DNA of 32,000 nucleotides from Staphylothermus marinus F1 (GCF_000015945.1 NC_009033.1:1350001-1382000); one strand, 5' to 3'; positions 16,192-25,591 are shown, counted from the first letter of the stretch. Notes: generated from the letters alone by a model not told the origin. Made by a program: numbers and translations.

Positions 16192-18222
16192 ATGTCCGCT
16201 GAAGAAGGAAAGAAACTATTCTGGGGAGTTTCACCTACTAATATTACTATTAAAGGAGTCGTTGTAGCTATAATAATGGCTATTCTAGCCCCAATTATAA
16301 CAAACCTACTATATGGATTAGTGTGGCCAAGCACTTTTCTAGAATGGGTCTGGGCATGGGCACCGCTTATATTGTTGCTGGTAATAGGCGTTCTCAACTT
16401 AATAGTTGCATTGATCAATAAACGGTTTGCTTTAACAGTTGCTGATGCGATTTTGATCTATGTTGCTATTGCTGCTAGTGCTGGTTATGCTTTTTCAGCA
16501 AATTTCCTACTAATCCACTATGCCTATATGACTTATCAGGTCCCATCAATAACTGATAATGGAGCATTAATGCCTGATCTATGGGTTCCTAAAGGTTCGA
16601 TCATTGTTAATGGCCAAGAAATACCTGCACTAGCACCGATATTTAATGAATCAGCTCGTTCAATGCTATTATCTGATCCCAACTGGGTAGGCATAGTATT
16701 AAGTGCATGGGCGCCATCACTGACTTTGTGGATTCTTGTCTTCTTTGGTTTAGCAATGGCTCAAATAGGTATTGCGTTAATGTTTCGTAAACCATGGATA
16801 GATGAAGAGATGCTACCATTCCCATATGCACAAATGGCTGTTGAAGTTATGAGAATAACAGGGTTCAAGGGGGCTTCTGAACATAGGTTTATCTCGAAGA
16901 TAATGTTCCTGGTAGGAGCTATTGTTGCAGTAGTTATATTATTACCTAATCTATTGGCTTCATTAAAGATAATACAAAACCTACCATCAATCTATGGTCA
17001 ACTACTAGTATCCCAGTTCGGAGGCTATGATCTCTCTCCATCAATAGGATATGATGTAGCATTAATGATCACTGTTGCACCATTATTTATTGGTTTAGCG
17101 TTCTTAATGCCAATGGATATATTGATCACAGCTATTGTATGGTATTTCCTAATGTATATAGTGTTGCCACCAATCGAGGTATCCTTAGGCATAGTACCAC
17201 TCACGGAAACACAGGATGCACACACAAACTATTTCACTGTTGGTCACTGGTATGGTCTAATGCCACATATGGTGACAAGGGGATTAGCAATAGGCTTCCC
17301 CATAGCATGGTTTGCACTGGCTTGGAGGCATCTCAAGAATTTAAGAAGCGATAAAGAAGTATTGTTTGGAGCAATCTTTGCAATAATAGGCTTCTTATTA
17401 GCATGGGGATTACTAGCTGGAACCGGCTTGGAGCCTCATATTGCATTGCTCGTCGTAGTAATAACTCTACTATTATATATTACATGGATGCGTATACGTG
17501 GAGAATCAACATGGACAACAGCAATATACAACTATGGGCCTTGGTGGCATGAAATGCTGGTTTTGCCATGGCTACCTTATAGGTACAGCGGTAACTGGCA
17601 CTCAAAAGAAGCATTTGCAGCTGCAGCATCATTTTACCCATTAGTTACGGATCGTACATTGGCAACAATTCCTGGACCAGCAGTTATGGAGGGATTCAAA
17701 CTAGCTAAGGTCGGAGGTGTAAGTCCGAATAAAGTAGTTAGAATATCTTTCATAGCAGTAATTTCCGGCATAGTGTTATCGTTCTTAATAACTTTACTAG
17801 GACTATACTATTATGGATGGTTCGGTTCTGTGGGTGGTAAATGGGTTGGTGGAGCAGATACAGGGTTTGAGCCGAACTGGATAGATAGCATGGTTCATCA
17901 AAACTATATACAGCACATGAGTAATGATCCAACACTCTTTATGCCGCAATTTATTGTTGGAATAATACTTGGAATACTACTGGTGTGGGTAAGATTATTG
18001 TTCCCTGGCGTACCGTTTAATCCAATAGGTATACTGATAGGTGATATGCCTGTAACAGGACTACTAATGTTCATACCAAACATTATAGCATTAATTTCCA
18101 AATGGATCATTATAAGGATTACAGGTGTAGAGGGATACGAGGAGAAAATAGTACCATTCATGGCTGGCCTAGCAATATTCAGCTATATAATGATATGGTT
18201 ATCATATGTATTGGGAACATAA
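16192..18222 (+). CDS. Polytopic membrane protein, divergent OPT (oligopeptide transporter) superfamily-like paralogue
   Basis: 676 aa, hydrophobic throughout (about 16 TM segments). 'EEMLPFPYAQMAVEVM' resembles the OPT 'LPFPeG.A.AEvl' motif. The C-terminal region is colinear with the neighbouring OPT-like gene but lacks its 'GLGLGEGL' motif. GGTGGAG precedes the ATG. Confidence 0.5.
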   Translation: MSAEEGKKLFWGVSPTNITIKGVVVAIIMAILAPIITNLLYGLVWPSTFLEWVWAWAPLILLLVIGVLNLIVALINKRFALTVADAILIYVAIAASAGYAFSANFLLIHYAYMTYQVPSITDNGALMPDLWVPKGSIIVNGQEIPALAPIFNESARSMLLSDPNWVGIVLSAWAPSLTLWILVFFGLAMAQIGIALMFRKPWIDEEMLPFPYAQMAVEVMRITGFKGASEHRFISKIMFLVGAIVAVVILLPNLLASLKIIQNLPSIYGQLLVSQFGGYDLSPSIGYDVALMITVAPLFIGLAFLMPMDILITAIVWYFLMYIVLPPIEVSLGIVPLTETQDAHTNYFTVGHWYGLMPHMVTRGLAIGFPIAWFALAWRHLKNLRSDKEVLFGAIFAIIGFLLAWGLLAGTGLEPHIALLVVVITLLLYITWMRIRGESTWTTAIYNYGPWWHEMLVLPWLPYRYSGNWHSKEAFAAAASFYPLVTDRTLATIPGPAVMEGFKLAKVGGVSPNKVVRISFIAVISGIVLSFLITLLGLYYYGWFGSVGGKWVGGADTGFEPNWIDSMVHQNYIQHMSNDPTLFMPQFIVGIILGILLVWVRLLFPGVPFNPIGILIGDMPVTGLLMFIPNIIALISKWIIIRITGVEGYEEKIVPFMAGLAIFSYIMIWLSYVLGT

Positions 18223-18239
18223 CATATACAATAATAATC

Positions 18240-18245
18240 TTTTTT
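18240..18245 (+). terminator. Oligo-T tract after gene 16192-18222
   Basis: T6 lies 18 nt downstream of the stop codon. Confidence 0.35.
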
Positions 18246-18377
18246 ACTCATTTAAGAAAAAATTGTTGAATAATTATTTTTTAGCTACTACTTAATTTTA
18301 AATATGAGTCTTAAAGATTCTATTTATTTTAGGCAAAGGGATTAGAGTAACGCGGAATATGGGAGGTTGCATCTTAA

Positions 18378-20333
18378 TTGGGTGAATCAAAGATCATTGG
18401 TGGATCAGCGGTTACATGGCGTGTTGTTTTAGCCATTCTTTATGGAGCATTAGTGTTTGAACCAGCAGCTATATGGCTTAACTTGGTTGCAGGTCTTAAT
18501 CCTTGGCAAATAATTAATTCTGCAGAATATACTACACTACTACTGTTCACAACTATTGCCGCAATAATGGGGGCTAGGCTTACTCGTCAAGAAGCATTTG
18601 TAATGTTTAGTAATGTTGGAACAACAATTTCTGAAAGCTTGTTTGGAGTAAACCTTATACTTGCATGGTATATTGCCATAAGCGAGTATGCTAGAAGTTT
18701 TGGATTATATGGTAAGATACCCTTCTGGTATGCTCCTAGCATTCCTGAACTGCCTAGAACGCTTTTCCAAGCAGTATTTATTCCACCTCTTCTTGTAGCT
18801 ATTGCGTCTGCTTTACTCACTAAAGGCATGGATCTTAGCTTGGCATATGTGCTCTACAAAATATATGCTGTAGAAGAAAAATTACCTTTTCCAGGTGCTA
18901 GGGTATGGGCTGAATCTAGTATTGTTCTTGCAGAAAAACATATTTGGAGAGATAAGGCTAGGGTAATGATCAGCGTTGCAATATTCAGTTTACTTTATAC
19001 TTTCCTACTATACGGTGTTTGGTTCATGTTTGGTGTCCAACTACTTCCTGTTCCATGGGCTGATCTAACGTCTTCTCTTGAATCTATAGGATTAAATGGT
19101 GCTAGTCTAGGTTTCAGCCTAGATCTATTATTGATAAGTGTAGGTATGATTATGCCTTGGAGAGTTAATGTATCAATATTTATTGGAGGAATATTTGCTT
19201 ATCTAATAGGTGCTCCAATGGCTGTTAAGTATGGATTATTCACATTATGGAGGCCGGGAATGAATCTAGGAGATATTTTCCAGTATGGACTGCTCCAATT
19301 ATATGTAGGACCATTAATAGGGTTAAGTTTTGCGGCTGGATTAGCGCCAATGGTTATTAATTGGAGAAGTGTTGTTAGAGTATTTAGACCTCCTAAGATA
19401 CGTGGTAGAGAAACAAGCGCAACATCAGAGCCTACTATTTGGGGGTTATCGCTCACAAGATTTGCTCTCTTAATATATTTATTGTCAGCTACTGGGTTAA
19501 GCTTGTTTGTTTATTATCTGATATATATTGTTGAGCCACAATATGCTACTCTTCAATTCCTATTATTATTCCTAGCATTAATAGTGGGTTTCTCCACGTT
19601 ATTCCAATTAGCAAATACTCGTGCTCTAGGTGAAGCGGCTACTGGGATAAACCTACCATATATTAAAGAGGGCGCTTTACTAGCGAGTGGTTATAGAGGT
19701 GTTGCAGCATGGTTTACACCCATATATGTTTATGGAGGAGCTAGTGGATGGACAGCAGTCTATGTTGCATGTGATTGGACGAATACTAAGAAGAGCGATT
19801 ATTTGAAAGCATACTTTATAGCGTTTCCTCTAACATATTTGATGGGTCTATTATATGCAGATATATTCTGGAGAATAGCTCCTATTCCAAGCTCGGCTTA
19901 TCCAGCAACAGCTGTTTTCTGGCGTGTAGCAGCGTTATGGGCGTTATTATGGCCTGCATGGACAAGTGGTGCACTAAAAACAGGTGAAAGCAGTATAGCA
20001 TCCGCGTTATTATCGCACTTCTCTAACTGGCCCTTACGGATAATGCTACCATTTACAATTGGAGCAATAATAGTTGCCTTAGTCAAAATATTCTCGATAC
20101 CATTCGAACTCATAGGATTCACTATAGGTATTAGTCAGCCAATATCATATACTATGACAATGTTCATCGGAGGCATTATTGCTAGGATACTGGAGAAAAA
20201 GAAAGGGTCCGAGTGGTTTAGAGAATATGTTGCAGTTATATCAGCGGGTCTGGGGCTAGGAGAAGGGCTTATGATAGCTATATCGGTTGCTGTTGCATTA
20301 ATCATGAAAAGCCTCTGGCTACTCGTATATTAG
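18378..20333 (+). CDS. OPT-family (oligopeptide transporter superfamily) membrane transporter
   Basis: 651 aa with about 16 TM segments. 'EEKLPFPGARVWAESSIVL' matches the OPT LPFPeG.A.AE motif. The C-terminus 'FIGGIIARILEKKKGSEWFREYVAVISAGLGLGEGLMIAI' resembles the OPT terminal 'f.GG.ir.......aSGLIaGE.L.g' pattern. TTG start with GGGAGG 11 nt upstream. Confidence 0.62.
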   Translation: MGESKIIGGSAVTWRVVLAILYGALVFEPAAIWLNLVAGLNPWQIINSAEYTTLLLFTTIAAIMGARLTRQEAFVMFSNVGTTISESLFGVNLILAWYIAISEYARSFGLYGKIPFWYAPSIPELPRTLFQAVFIPPLLVAIASALLTKGMDLSLAYVLYKIYAVEEKLPFPGARVWAESSIVLAEKHIWRDKARVMISVAIFSLLYTFLLYGVWFMFGVQLLPVPWADLTSSLESIGLNGASLGFSLDLLLISVGMIMPWRVNVSIFIGGIFAYLIGAPMAVKYGLFTLWRPGMNLGDIFQYGLLQLYVGPLIGLSFAAGLAPMVINWRSVVRVFRPPKIRGRETSATSEPTIWGLSLTRFALLIYLLSATGLSLFVYYLIYIVEPQYATLQFLLLFLALIVGFSTLFQLANTRALGEAATGINLPYIKEGALLASGYRGVAAWFTPIYVYGGASGWTAVYVACDWTNTKKSDYLKAYFIAFPLTYLMGLLYADIFWRIAPIPSSAYPATAVFWRVAALWALLWPAWTSGALKTGESSIASALLSHFSNWPLRIMLPFTIGAIIVALVKIFSIPFELIGFTIGISQPISYTMTMFIGGIIARILEKKKGSEWFREYVAVISAGLGLGEGLMIAISVAVALIMKSLWLLVY

Positions 20334-20418
20334 ATACTACATGTTTTTATAAACAAATAATTCAATAACTTATATACAAGATATAGTCTTATTAATGCTA
20401 ACACATAATTCTTAGCAT

Positions 20419-22944
20419 ATGGGGGTTGCCATGAATAAAGCTATCATGCTTATGCTTACTACAATAGTTATCATTTCATTGATCACAATATCACCTAGTA
20501 TAAGCCAGACATATAAAATATATGCTTTTGTAACAACAGATTCACCAATATACCTTCCAGGATCACAACTAGTTGCAGAAGCATACATATATCCGCTTGT
20601 TCAAGAGAGCAGAGAAGCCATCGTTAAATTTTATTTTACAGATCTACCCAACGCTCCCACTATCCCAGAAATACATGTAACAATACCCTCAGTAAATGAT
20701 GCAAGAGTTATTCATGTAGAATCACAGCCGGTTACCGTTCCGGATGTAAATGATGGAACATATCATTTACATATGCAGATCATAGTAAATAACCAAGTCA
20801 TATATGAGGACACAGTTGATTTCTGGGTTAGACATGGACCACCATCAGGTAAGCCGCCTATGATACTTTTCGTTTGGCATAACCATCAAGCACCAAACTA
20901 TTGGCCCGATGGAACATTCTTCGCCAACTGGCATATAGATCACTTTTTCAAAGATAGTTTAACGCCATACTTCAAGATCGATAATGTATATCCTGATATG
21001 GGCACCTATTACCTACACTATTACCTCCTAAAGAAATATCCTAATATCAAAGTGAACCTACATTATAGCCCAAGCCTACTATATCAATTATATATTGCTG
21101 CAAACAAGGGGTTCACAATTTATGATCCAAACACAGGCTCTACCAAAAAAGTACCACCTAACAGCTCACTTGCCCAGACAATCAGGGACTTCTTCAAGGG
21201 ATTAAAACAACTATATGATGAGGGTAGAGTATATCTTTTAACAACAGAATTTGCACATACAATAGCAGGTTATTTGATTGAGAAATTCAACATCCCATAT
21301 CTTCTAAAATACGATATATGGTTAGGTAAGGAATGGACTAAAAAAGTCTTAGGTGTAGATACAGATGCTATATGGACCGCTGAAATGGCTTGGAGCGATA
21401 AACTTGTTCCAATATACTTAGATTTAGGGTTTAAATACACTGTTTTAGACGGCACTTATCATTTTCCCGGTGCACAAGGCGATAAGGGAACAATATATGA
21501 ACCCTACATTGTCAAGGATAGTAAGGGAAGAGAGTTAATAGTCTTCTTCCGTGATCAAGAAGTTAGCGACGGATATATTGGTTTTACAAACAATGATTGG
21601 AGAGATCCTAGAACAGCTGATCGAGATGCAAGAGCTCTCTATTACCACATATACAATAAGCATTCATTTAAAAACTATAAGTATCCTCCTATTGAAGTAA
21701 TCGCTCTTGACGGAGAAAACTGGATATTATTTGCTCCAAGCCACGCTAATGGTGCACTATTTCTCGACAGAATCTATAAATATGTTAGTAGATTAACAGA
21801 TCAGGGAATAATGAATACTGGAACATTTAGAGACGCTGTTAGAGTACATCCGCCGGAGAGAGTATTAACAAGTATTCCATGGACAAGCTGGCTTGGAGGA
21901 TGGGGCAAGTGGACAACTGAGAGAGGAACTGAGCATAAAAAAGAATGGGAAAAACTATATGAACGTATAGGGAAGTATAAGGCATATATGTATTATAAAA
22001 ACATAGATTCATATAGTAAATTCATAGACGAGATCAGAGAGAATCCTAAATTTAACGAGTCAGTAATAGACTTAATACATGCGATCGACAGTGATTTCTG
22101 GTGGAGCGAATTCTTCTCACCAGGCGTAATAGATGCTTGGCTCGGAGAATTTGACCTTGATATTTCAAACATTATGAAATACGAGATATCATTCACTACA
22201 TTACCTTCTCAACCAGTTTCACAGACTACGACTAAAGCAATAGTTACAATTACAAATAATAATGATTACCCAATGAAGGACACCATAATAACTCTAAGTA
22301 TGCCGGGAATAAATGCGACAACTAAACAAGTAACAATAACCCCGGGCGACTCAGTAAATGTATCATTGATATTCAAGGTGGAGAAAGCCGGAACAAAACA
22401 ACTAGTATTAACAATGTACACACCAAACGCAAAAATTGGTAAAAATATATATTATTTCGAAACAAGAAGCTTCAAAATAAAATTCCTTAGCCCAATTGAT
22501 CTATCATTAAAAATAACAGTTGTCGGTCCGAACGGTGTATTAGGAGGCATAAATCCTACACCTCCCGGCATACATAAAATATTCGCAACTGTTTCACTAT
22601 CTGAAGGCGAAAGCGCTTCATTCGATGTTCCCGTTAAAATATATTTGAATATAGGGGGACAAACATATGTCAGAGAAGCTACTATATTCCAGGGAGAAGA
22701 TAGCGCTACAGTAGTGTTTAATGTGGATCTGAAGACTGGAACCTATACATATGAAGTCAATGCTATATCACCATATGATCCATTCCTTGACAACAATAAA
22801 TTTGTTGGGCAAATAATAGTGATGCAAACTAAGCAAGAAAATACAGGTGGAAATACGCAACTACTCATAATACTAGCAATCATTCTATGGATTATAGTGG
22901 CTATTTTAGCTATTCTATACTACATCAAACATAAAAGATCATGA
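20419..22944 (+). CDS. Secreted, membrane-anchored GH57 amylopullulanase-like glycoside hydrolase with CARDB-like C-terminal domains
   Basis: Signal peptide 'AIMLMLTTIVIISLITISPSISQ'. GH57 motifs are 'LFVWHNHQAPNYW', 'IWTAEMAWSDKL' (nucleophile Glu) and 'VIALDGENWILF' (acid/base Asp). Has two beta-sandwich repeats ending 'DPFLDNNKFVGQIIV'. C-terminal TM 'LLIILAIILWIIVAILAILYYI' plus 'KHKRS'. Start is ATG 20419 or ATG 20431. Confidence 0.85.
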   Translation: MGVAMNKAIMLMLTTIVIISLITISPSISQTYKIYAFVTTDSPIYLPGSQLVAEAYIYPLVQESREAIVKFYFTDLPNAPTIPEIHVTIPSVNDARVIHVESQPVTVPDVNDGTYHLHMQIIVNNQVIYEDTVDFWVRHGPPSGKPPMILFVWHNHQAPNYWPDGTFFANWHIDHFFKDSLTPYFKIDNVYPDMGTYYLHYYLLKKYPNIKVNLHYSPSLLYQLYIAANKGFTIYDPNTGSTKKVPPNSSLAQTIRDFFKGLKQLYDEGRVYLLTTEFAHTIAGYLIEKFNIPYLLKYDIWLGKEWTKKVLGVDTDAIWTAEMAWSDKLVPIYLDLGFKYTVLDGTYHFPGAQGDKGTIYEPYIVKDSKGRELIVFFRDQEVSDGYIGFTNNDWRDPRTADRDARALYYHIYNKHSFKNYKYPPIEVIALDGENWILFAPSHANGALFLDRIYKYVSRLTDQGIMNTGTFRDAVRVHPPERVLTSIPWTSWLGGWGKWTTERGTEHKKEWEKLYERIGKYKAYMYYKNIDSYSKFIDEIRENPKFNESVIDLIHAIDSDFWWSEFFSPGVIDAWLGEFDLDISNIMKYEISFTTLPSQPVSQTTTKAIVTITNNNDYPMKDTIITLSMPGINATTKQVTITPGDSVNVSLIFKVEKAGTKQLVLTMYTPNAKIGKNIYYFETRSFKIKFLSPIDLSLKITVVGPNGVLGGINPTPPGIHKIFATVSLSEGESASFDVPVKIYLNIGGQTYVREATIFQGEDSATVVFNVDLKTGTYTYEVNAISPYDPFLDNNKFVGQIIVMQTKQENTGGNTQLLIILAIILWIIVAILAILYYIKHKRS

Positions 22945-22969
22945 AGTAACGACGTGAGGAATAAATCAT

Positions 22970-23521
22970 ATGAGTAGCTTAACCGGGGAAACATCAAAAA
23001 TTCTTAAAAAAGTCTTGCCTACCGATGCAGAAATAATATACGATAAAGGAGGAGCAACACTAGTTTATTTCAAAAATAACCCGTATATAAGGTATTTTTT
23101 CATAGGCAAAAACACAACCAAGTATACAGGCGAATTCTATTATATAACAATATCTGTTCTAGAATTAGATGAGCAATTAGAGAATATTGGATACGTTGAC
23201 ATCATAGTTAAAAAGGGTATTCTGGGTCTAGGTAAGAAATTATTATTGAGTGGAAAGGGAAAACTCAAAGATATAGTTGATAAACTGATCGAAAAATTAA
23301 GGGATCAAATATTTTCTACAAAATATGAGGAAATAATATTAAAAACAAGCGGCAAGCTCGTGCTTGTTGATAAGGAGATAAAGCCTTCTAAAGGATCTAG
23401 TATCGTATTAGTGGGGAGAACACGTGTTTTCTATACACTAACGCCTGCCTCAGATATTAAGAAAATGTTTTTACTGAATGAAGAGTTTTTGAAAGAAGTA
23501 TATTCTAGCCTATATCAATAA
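22970..23521 (+). CDS. Hypothetical cytoplasmic protein (183 aa)
   Basis: ATG lies 25 nt after the GH57 stop and is preceded by GTGAGGA. No recognisable motifs. The 3' end overlaps the convergent ABC ATPase gene by 17 nt. Confidence 0.5.
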   Translation: MSSLTGETSKILKKVLPTDAEIIYDKGGATLVYFKNNPYIRYFFIGKNTTKYTGEFYYITISVLELDEQLENIGYVDIIVKKGILGLGKKLLLSGKGKLKDIVDKLIEKLRDQIFSTKYEEIILKTSGKLVLVDKEIKPSKGSSIVLVGRTRVFYTLTPASDIKKMFLLNEEFLKEVYSSLYQ

Positions 23522-24236
23522 TTATATCTCTTATCTCAGCTGTTTGTCTCTCCTCTATTCTCTCAATTTTTCCATCTCTAATATAAACTATTCGATCACT
23601 TACATCAATCATTTTTAGATCATGAGTGTTAGTGACAACTGTAACGTTACGTGTTAAGCTTATATCTTTCAATAAATTAATAACCTGCTTACCCGTAACT
23701 AGATCTAAGTTAGCTGTTGGCTCATCTGCTAGTATTATTGATGGATCGTTAGCTAATGCTCTAGCAATAGCCACTCTCTGTTGCTGACCTCCGCTGAGCT
23801 CAAAGGGTCTATGATAAAGTCTTTCTCCAAGACCAACTGCTTCTAAAAGCTTACGTGCTTTCTCAACACGTTTTCTTCTCGGAACACCTGCAAATACCAT
23901 GGGCAATGCTACATTATCTAATGCAGTTAAATATGGTATGAGATTATATGTTTGAAACACATAGCCTAGCTTTTTATTTCTAAAATATGCCAGTTTCTTC
24001 TTTGGCAAAGAATAAATGTCTACTCCATCAACATATACTTTGCCTGATGTAGGTTTATCTAGTCCTCCGATCATGTTGAATAATGTTGTTTTACCACTAC
24101 CACTAGGACCAAGTATTGATACGTATTCGCCCCTATAGATCTCGAGATTTATTCCCTGAAGAGCTTTTACAGTTTCTCCCTTCAATATATAATATTTATG
24201 GAGATCAACAACTTTTATTACGATATCCTCCGCCAT
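23505..24236 (-). CDS. ABC transporter ATP-binding protein (MacB/LolD/FtsE-like class), paralogue A
   Basis: Walker A 'GPSGSGKTT', Q-loop 'VFQTYNL', signature '[15 protein letters not shown]', Walker B '[12 protein letters not shown]', H-loop 'TNTHDL'. Its ATG shares one nt with the upstream TAA (TAATG). Confidence 0.92.
   Translation of the reverse strand: MAEDIVIKVVDLHKYYILKGETVKALQGINLEIYRGEYVSILGPSGSGKTTLFNMIGGLDKPTSGKVYVDGVDIYSLPKKKLAYFRNKKLGYVFQTYNLIPYLTALDNVALPMVFAGVPRRKRVEKARKLLEAVGLGERLYHRPFELSGGQQQRVAIARALANDPSIILADEPTANLDLVTGKQVINLLKDISLTRNVTVVTNTHDLKMIDVSDRIVYIRDGKIERIEERQTAEIRDIIIDIG
23593..23624. repeat. 32-nt tract identical to 24312-24343 (H-loop region, [12 protein letters not shown])
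   Basis: CGATCACTTACATCAATCATTTTTAGATCATG occurs in both copies. Same 719-nt offset. Confidence 0.9.
23722..23765. repeat. 44-nt tract identical to 24441-24484 (Walker B region, [15 protein letters not shown])
   Basis: TCATCTGCTAGTATTATTGATGGATCGTTAGCTAATGCTCTAGC occurs in both copies. Same 719-nt offset. Confidence 0.9.
24056..24110. repeat. 55-nt tract identical to 24775-24829 (Walker A region of the two ABC ATPase paralogues)
   Basis: Hand comparison gives the same sequence in both copies: TATCTAGTCCTCCGATCATGTTGAATAATGTTGTTTTACCACTACCACTAGGACC. Flanking bases differ on both sides. Offset between copies is 719 nt. Confidence 0.9.
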
Positions 24237-25000
24237 TACTCGCTCACCACGGCTTCAATATCTCTTCTAAGCTCGATTTTCTCTATCTTACCATCTCTTA
24301 TCCAAACAATACGATCACTTACATCAATCATTTTTAGATCATGTGTGGCGGTGACAATAGTAACACTCTTTTTCTCATTTATTTCCTTCAATAAATTGAT
24401 TAGCTTCAAACCAGTGTGTAAGTCTAGGTTTCCAGTGGGTTCATCTGCTAGTATTATTGATGGATCGTTAGCTAATGCTCTAGCGGTAGCTACTCTTTGT
24501 TGTTGTCCGCCGCTAAGTTCTGCTGGTTTATGATGTATGAATTTTCCGAGCCCGACAAGTTCTAGCAGTTTCTTCGCTTTCACTATTGCATCTTCATATG
24601 GTGTACCAACAAAGATCATCGGTAACATGACGTTCTCTATTGCTGTGAGTACAGGTATTAAGTTGAATGTTTGGAAGATATATCCTATCTTTTTAGCTCT
24701 AAGCCATGCTAGCTCATAAGCATCCAGCATTGCTATATCGACTCCATCAATGTAGACTTTTCCACTGGTCGGCCTATCTAGTCCTCCGATCATGTTGAAT
24801 AATGTTGTTTTACCACTACCACTAGGACCCATTATGCTAACGTATTCTCTTCTCTTCACATTAAATGTGACACCATCCAGTGCTTTCACAATGAACTTGC
24901 CCATCTTATAGTATTTTTTCACCTCGACTGCTTCAACAACATATTCAAGTTTTCTCTTACTAGGCAATTTTACATTCTTAGCTTCTTCAACATTCTGCAT
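24236..25000 (-). CDS. ABC transporter ATP-binding protein (MacB/LolD/FtsE-like class), paralogue B
   Basis: Walker A 'GPSGSGKTT', Q-loop 'IFQTFNL', signature '[15 protein letters not shown]', Walker B '[12 protein letters not shown]', H-loop 'TATHDL'. Has an N-terminal extension of about 20 aa. ATG lies 3 nt after the FtsX stop. Confidence 0.92.
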   Translation of the reverse strand: MQNVEEAKNVKLPSKRKLEYVVEAVEVKKYYKMGKFIVKALDGVTFNVKRREYVSIMGPSGSGKTTLFNMIGGLDRPTSGKVYIDGVDIAMLDAYELAWLRAKKIGYIFQTFNLIPVLTAIENVMLPMIFVGTPYEDAIVKAKKLLELVGLGKFIHHKPAELSGGQQQRVATARALANDPSIILADEPTGNLDLHTGLKLINLLKEINEKKSVTIVTATHDLKMIDVSDRIVWIRDGKIEKIELRRDIEAVVSE

Positions 25001-25003
25001 TTT

Positions 25004-25561
25004 TCACACCTCAACTCTAAGTGCTTCTACAGGGCTCATACGAGCGGCTTGATAGGATGGATATGATGCTGAAACCAAGCCGATAATAATTGCTACAGCT
25101 AATGATTTTCCTAAAAGAAATACTATGTCTCCACTACCACCAAGCATGTATCCTATTCCCATACCAATAATATATCCTAGGAATCCACCTATAACTGTAA
25201 GAATAACAGCTTCCAACATTAATAATTCGAAAATATGAATATCTCTAGCTCCAAAGCTTTTCATAGTTCCAATTTCATGGTATCTCTCAGCAATCATTAT
25301 AAGTAACGAATTCATTGTTCCCGCAGCCGCAACTGTGAAAGCAGTTAGATCAAGCAACAACATATATACTTCAGCACCTTGGGGACTAATATTTGATATA
25401 AGAATAGAGGATAACATGTCTAAGCTAACCATATACGCTATGCTGGCGGTTATAGCGATTATGACAATTAATATACTCCCAATTCGGAGCTTAATACTGT
25501 GGAGAACAAGATATATAGCTTCAGATAATGGCAGTACAGTTTTTTCCTCGCTCATATTCAT
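25004..25561 (-). CDS. Minimal FtsX-family ABC permease (4 TM helices, no large ectodomain)
   Basis: FtsX core 'IAERYHEIGTMKSFGARDIHIFELLMLEAVILTVIGGFLGYIIGMGIG' and C-terminus 'SYPSYQAARMSPVEALRVEV'. Only about 20 aa separate TM1 and TM2. The ORF is open to TTG 25570, but ATG 25561 lies about 27 nt downstream of a TATA-like 'TTATAAA' (plus-strand 25585-25591), which suggests a leaderless start. Confidence 0.8.
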   Translation of the reverse strand: MNMSEEKTVLPLSEAIYLVLHSIKLRIGSILIVIIAITASIAYMVSLDMLSSILISNISPQGAEVYMLLLDLTAFTVAAAGTMNSLLIMIAERYHEIGTMKSFGARDIHIFELLMLEAVILTVIGGFLGYIIGMGIGYMLGGSGDIVFLLGKSLAVAIIIGLVSASYPSYQAARMSPVEALRVEV

Positions 25562-25584
25562 GACCACCAAGTCATGTATAAGTA

Positions 25585-25591
25585 TTTATAA
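25585..25591 (-). promoter_or_regulatory. TATA-box-like element for the ftsX/ATPase-B/ATPase-A operon
   Basis: Minus-strand 'TTATAAA' is centred about 27 nt upstream of ATG 25561. Confidence 0.35.

Noticed and set aside
24198-24533. 111-aa plus-strand ORF (also 24116-24337 and 24537-24719) antisense to the ABC ATPase genes
   Set aside because: They are fully embedded opposite unmistakable ABC ATPase coding sequence. No start context or motif is present. Shadow ORFs.
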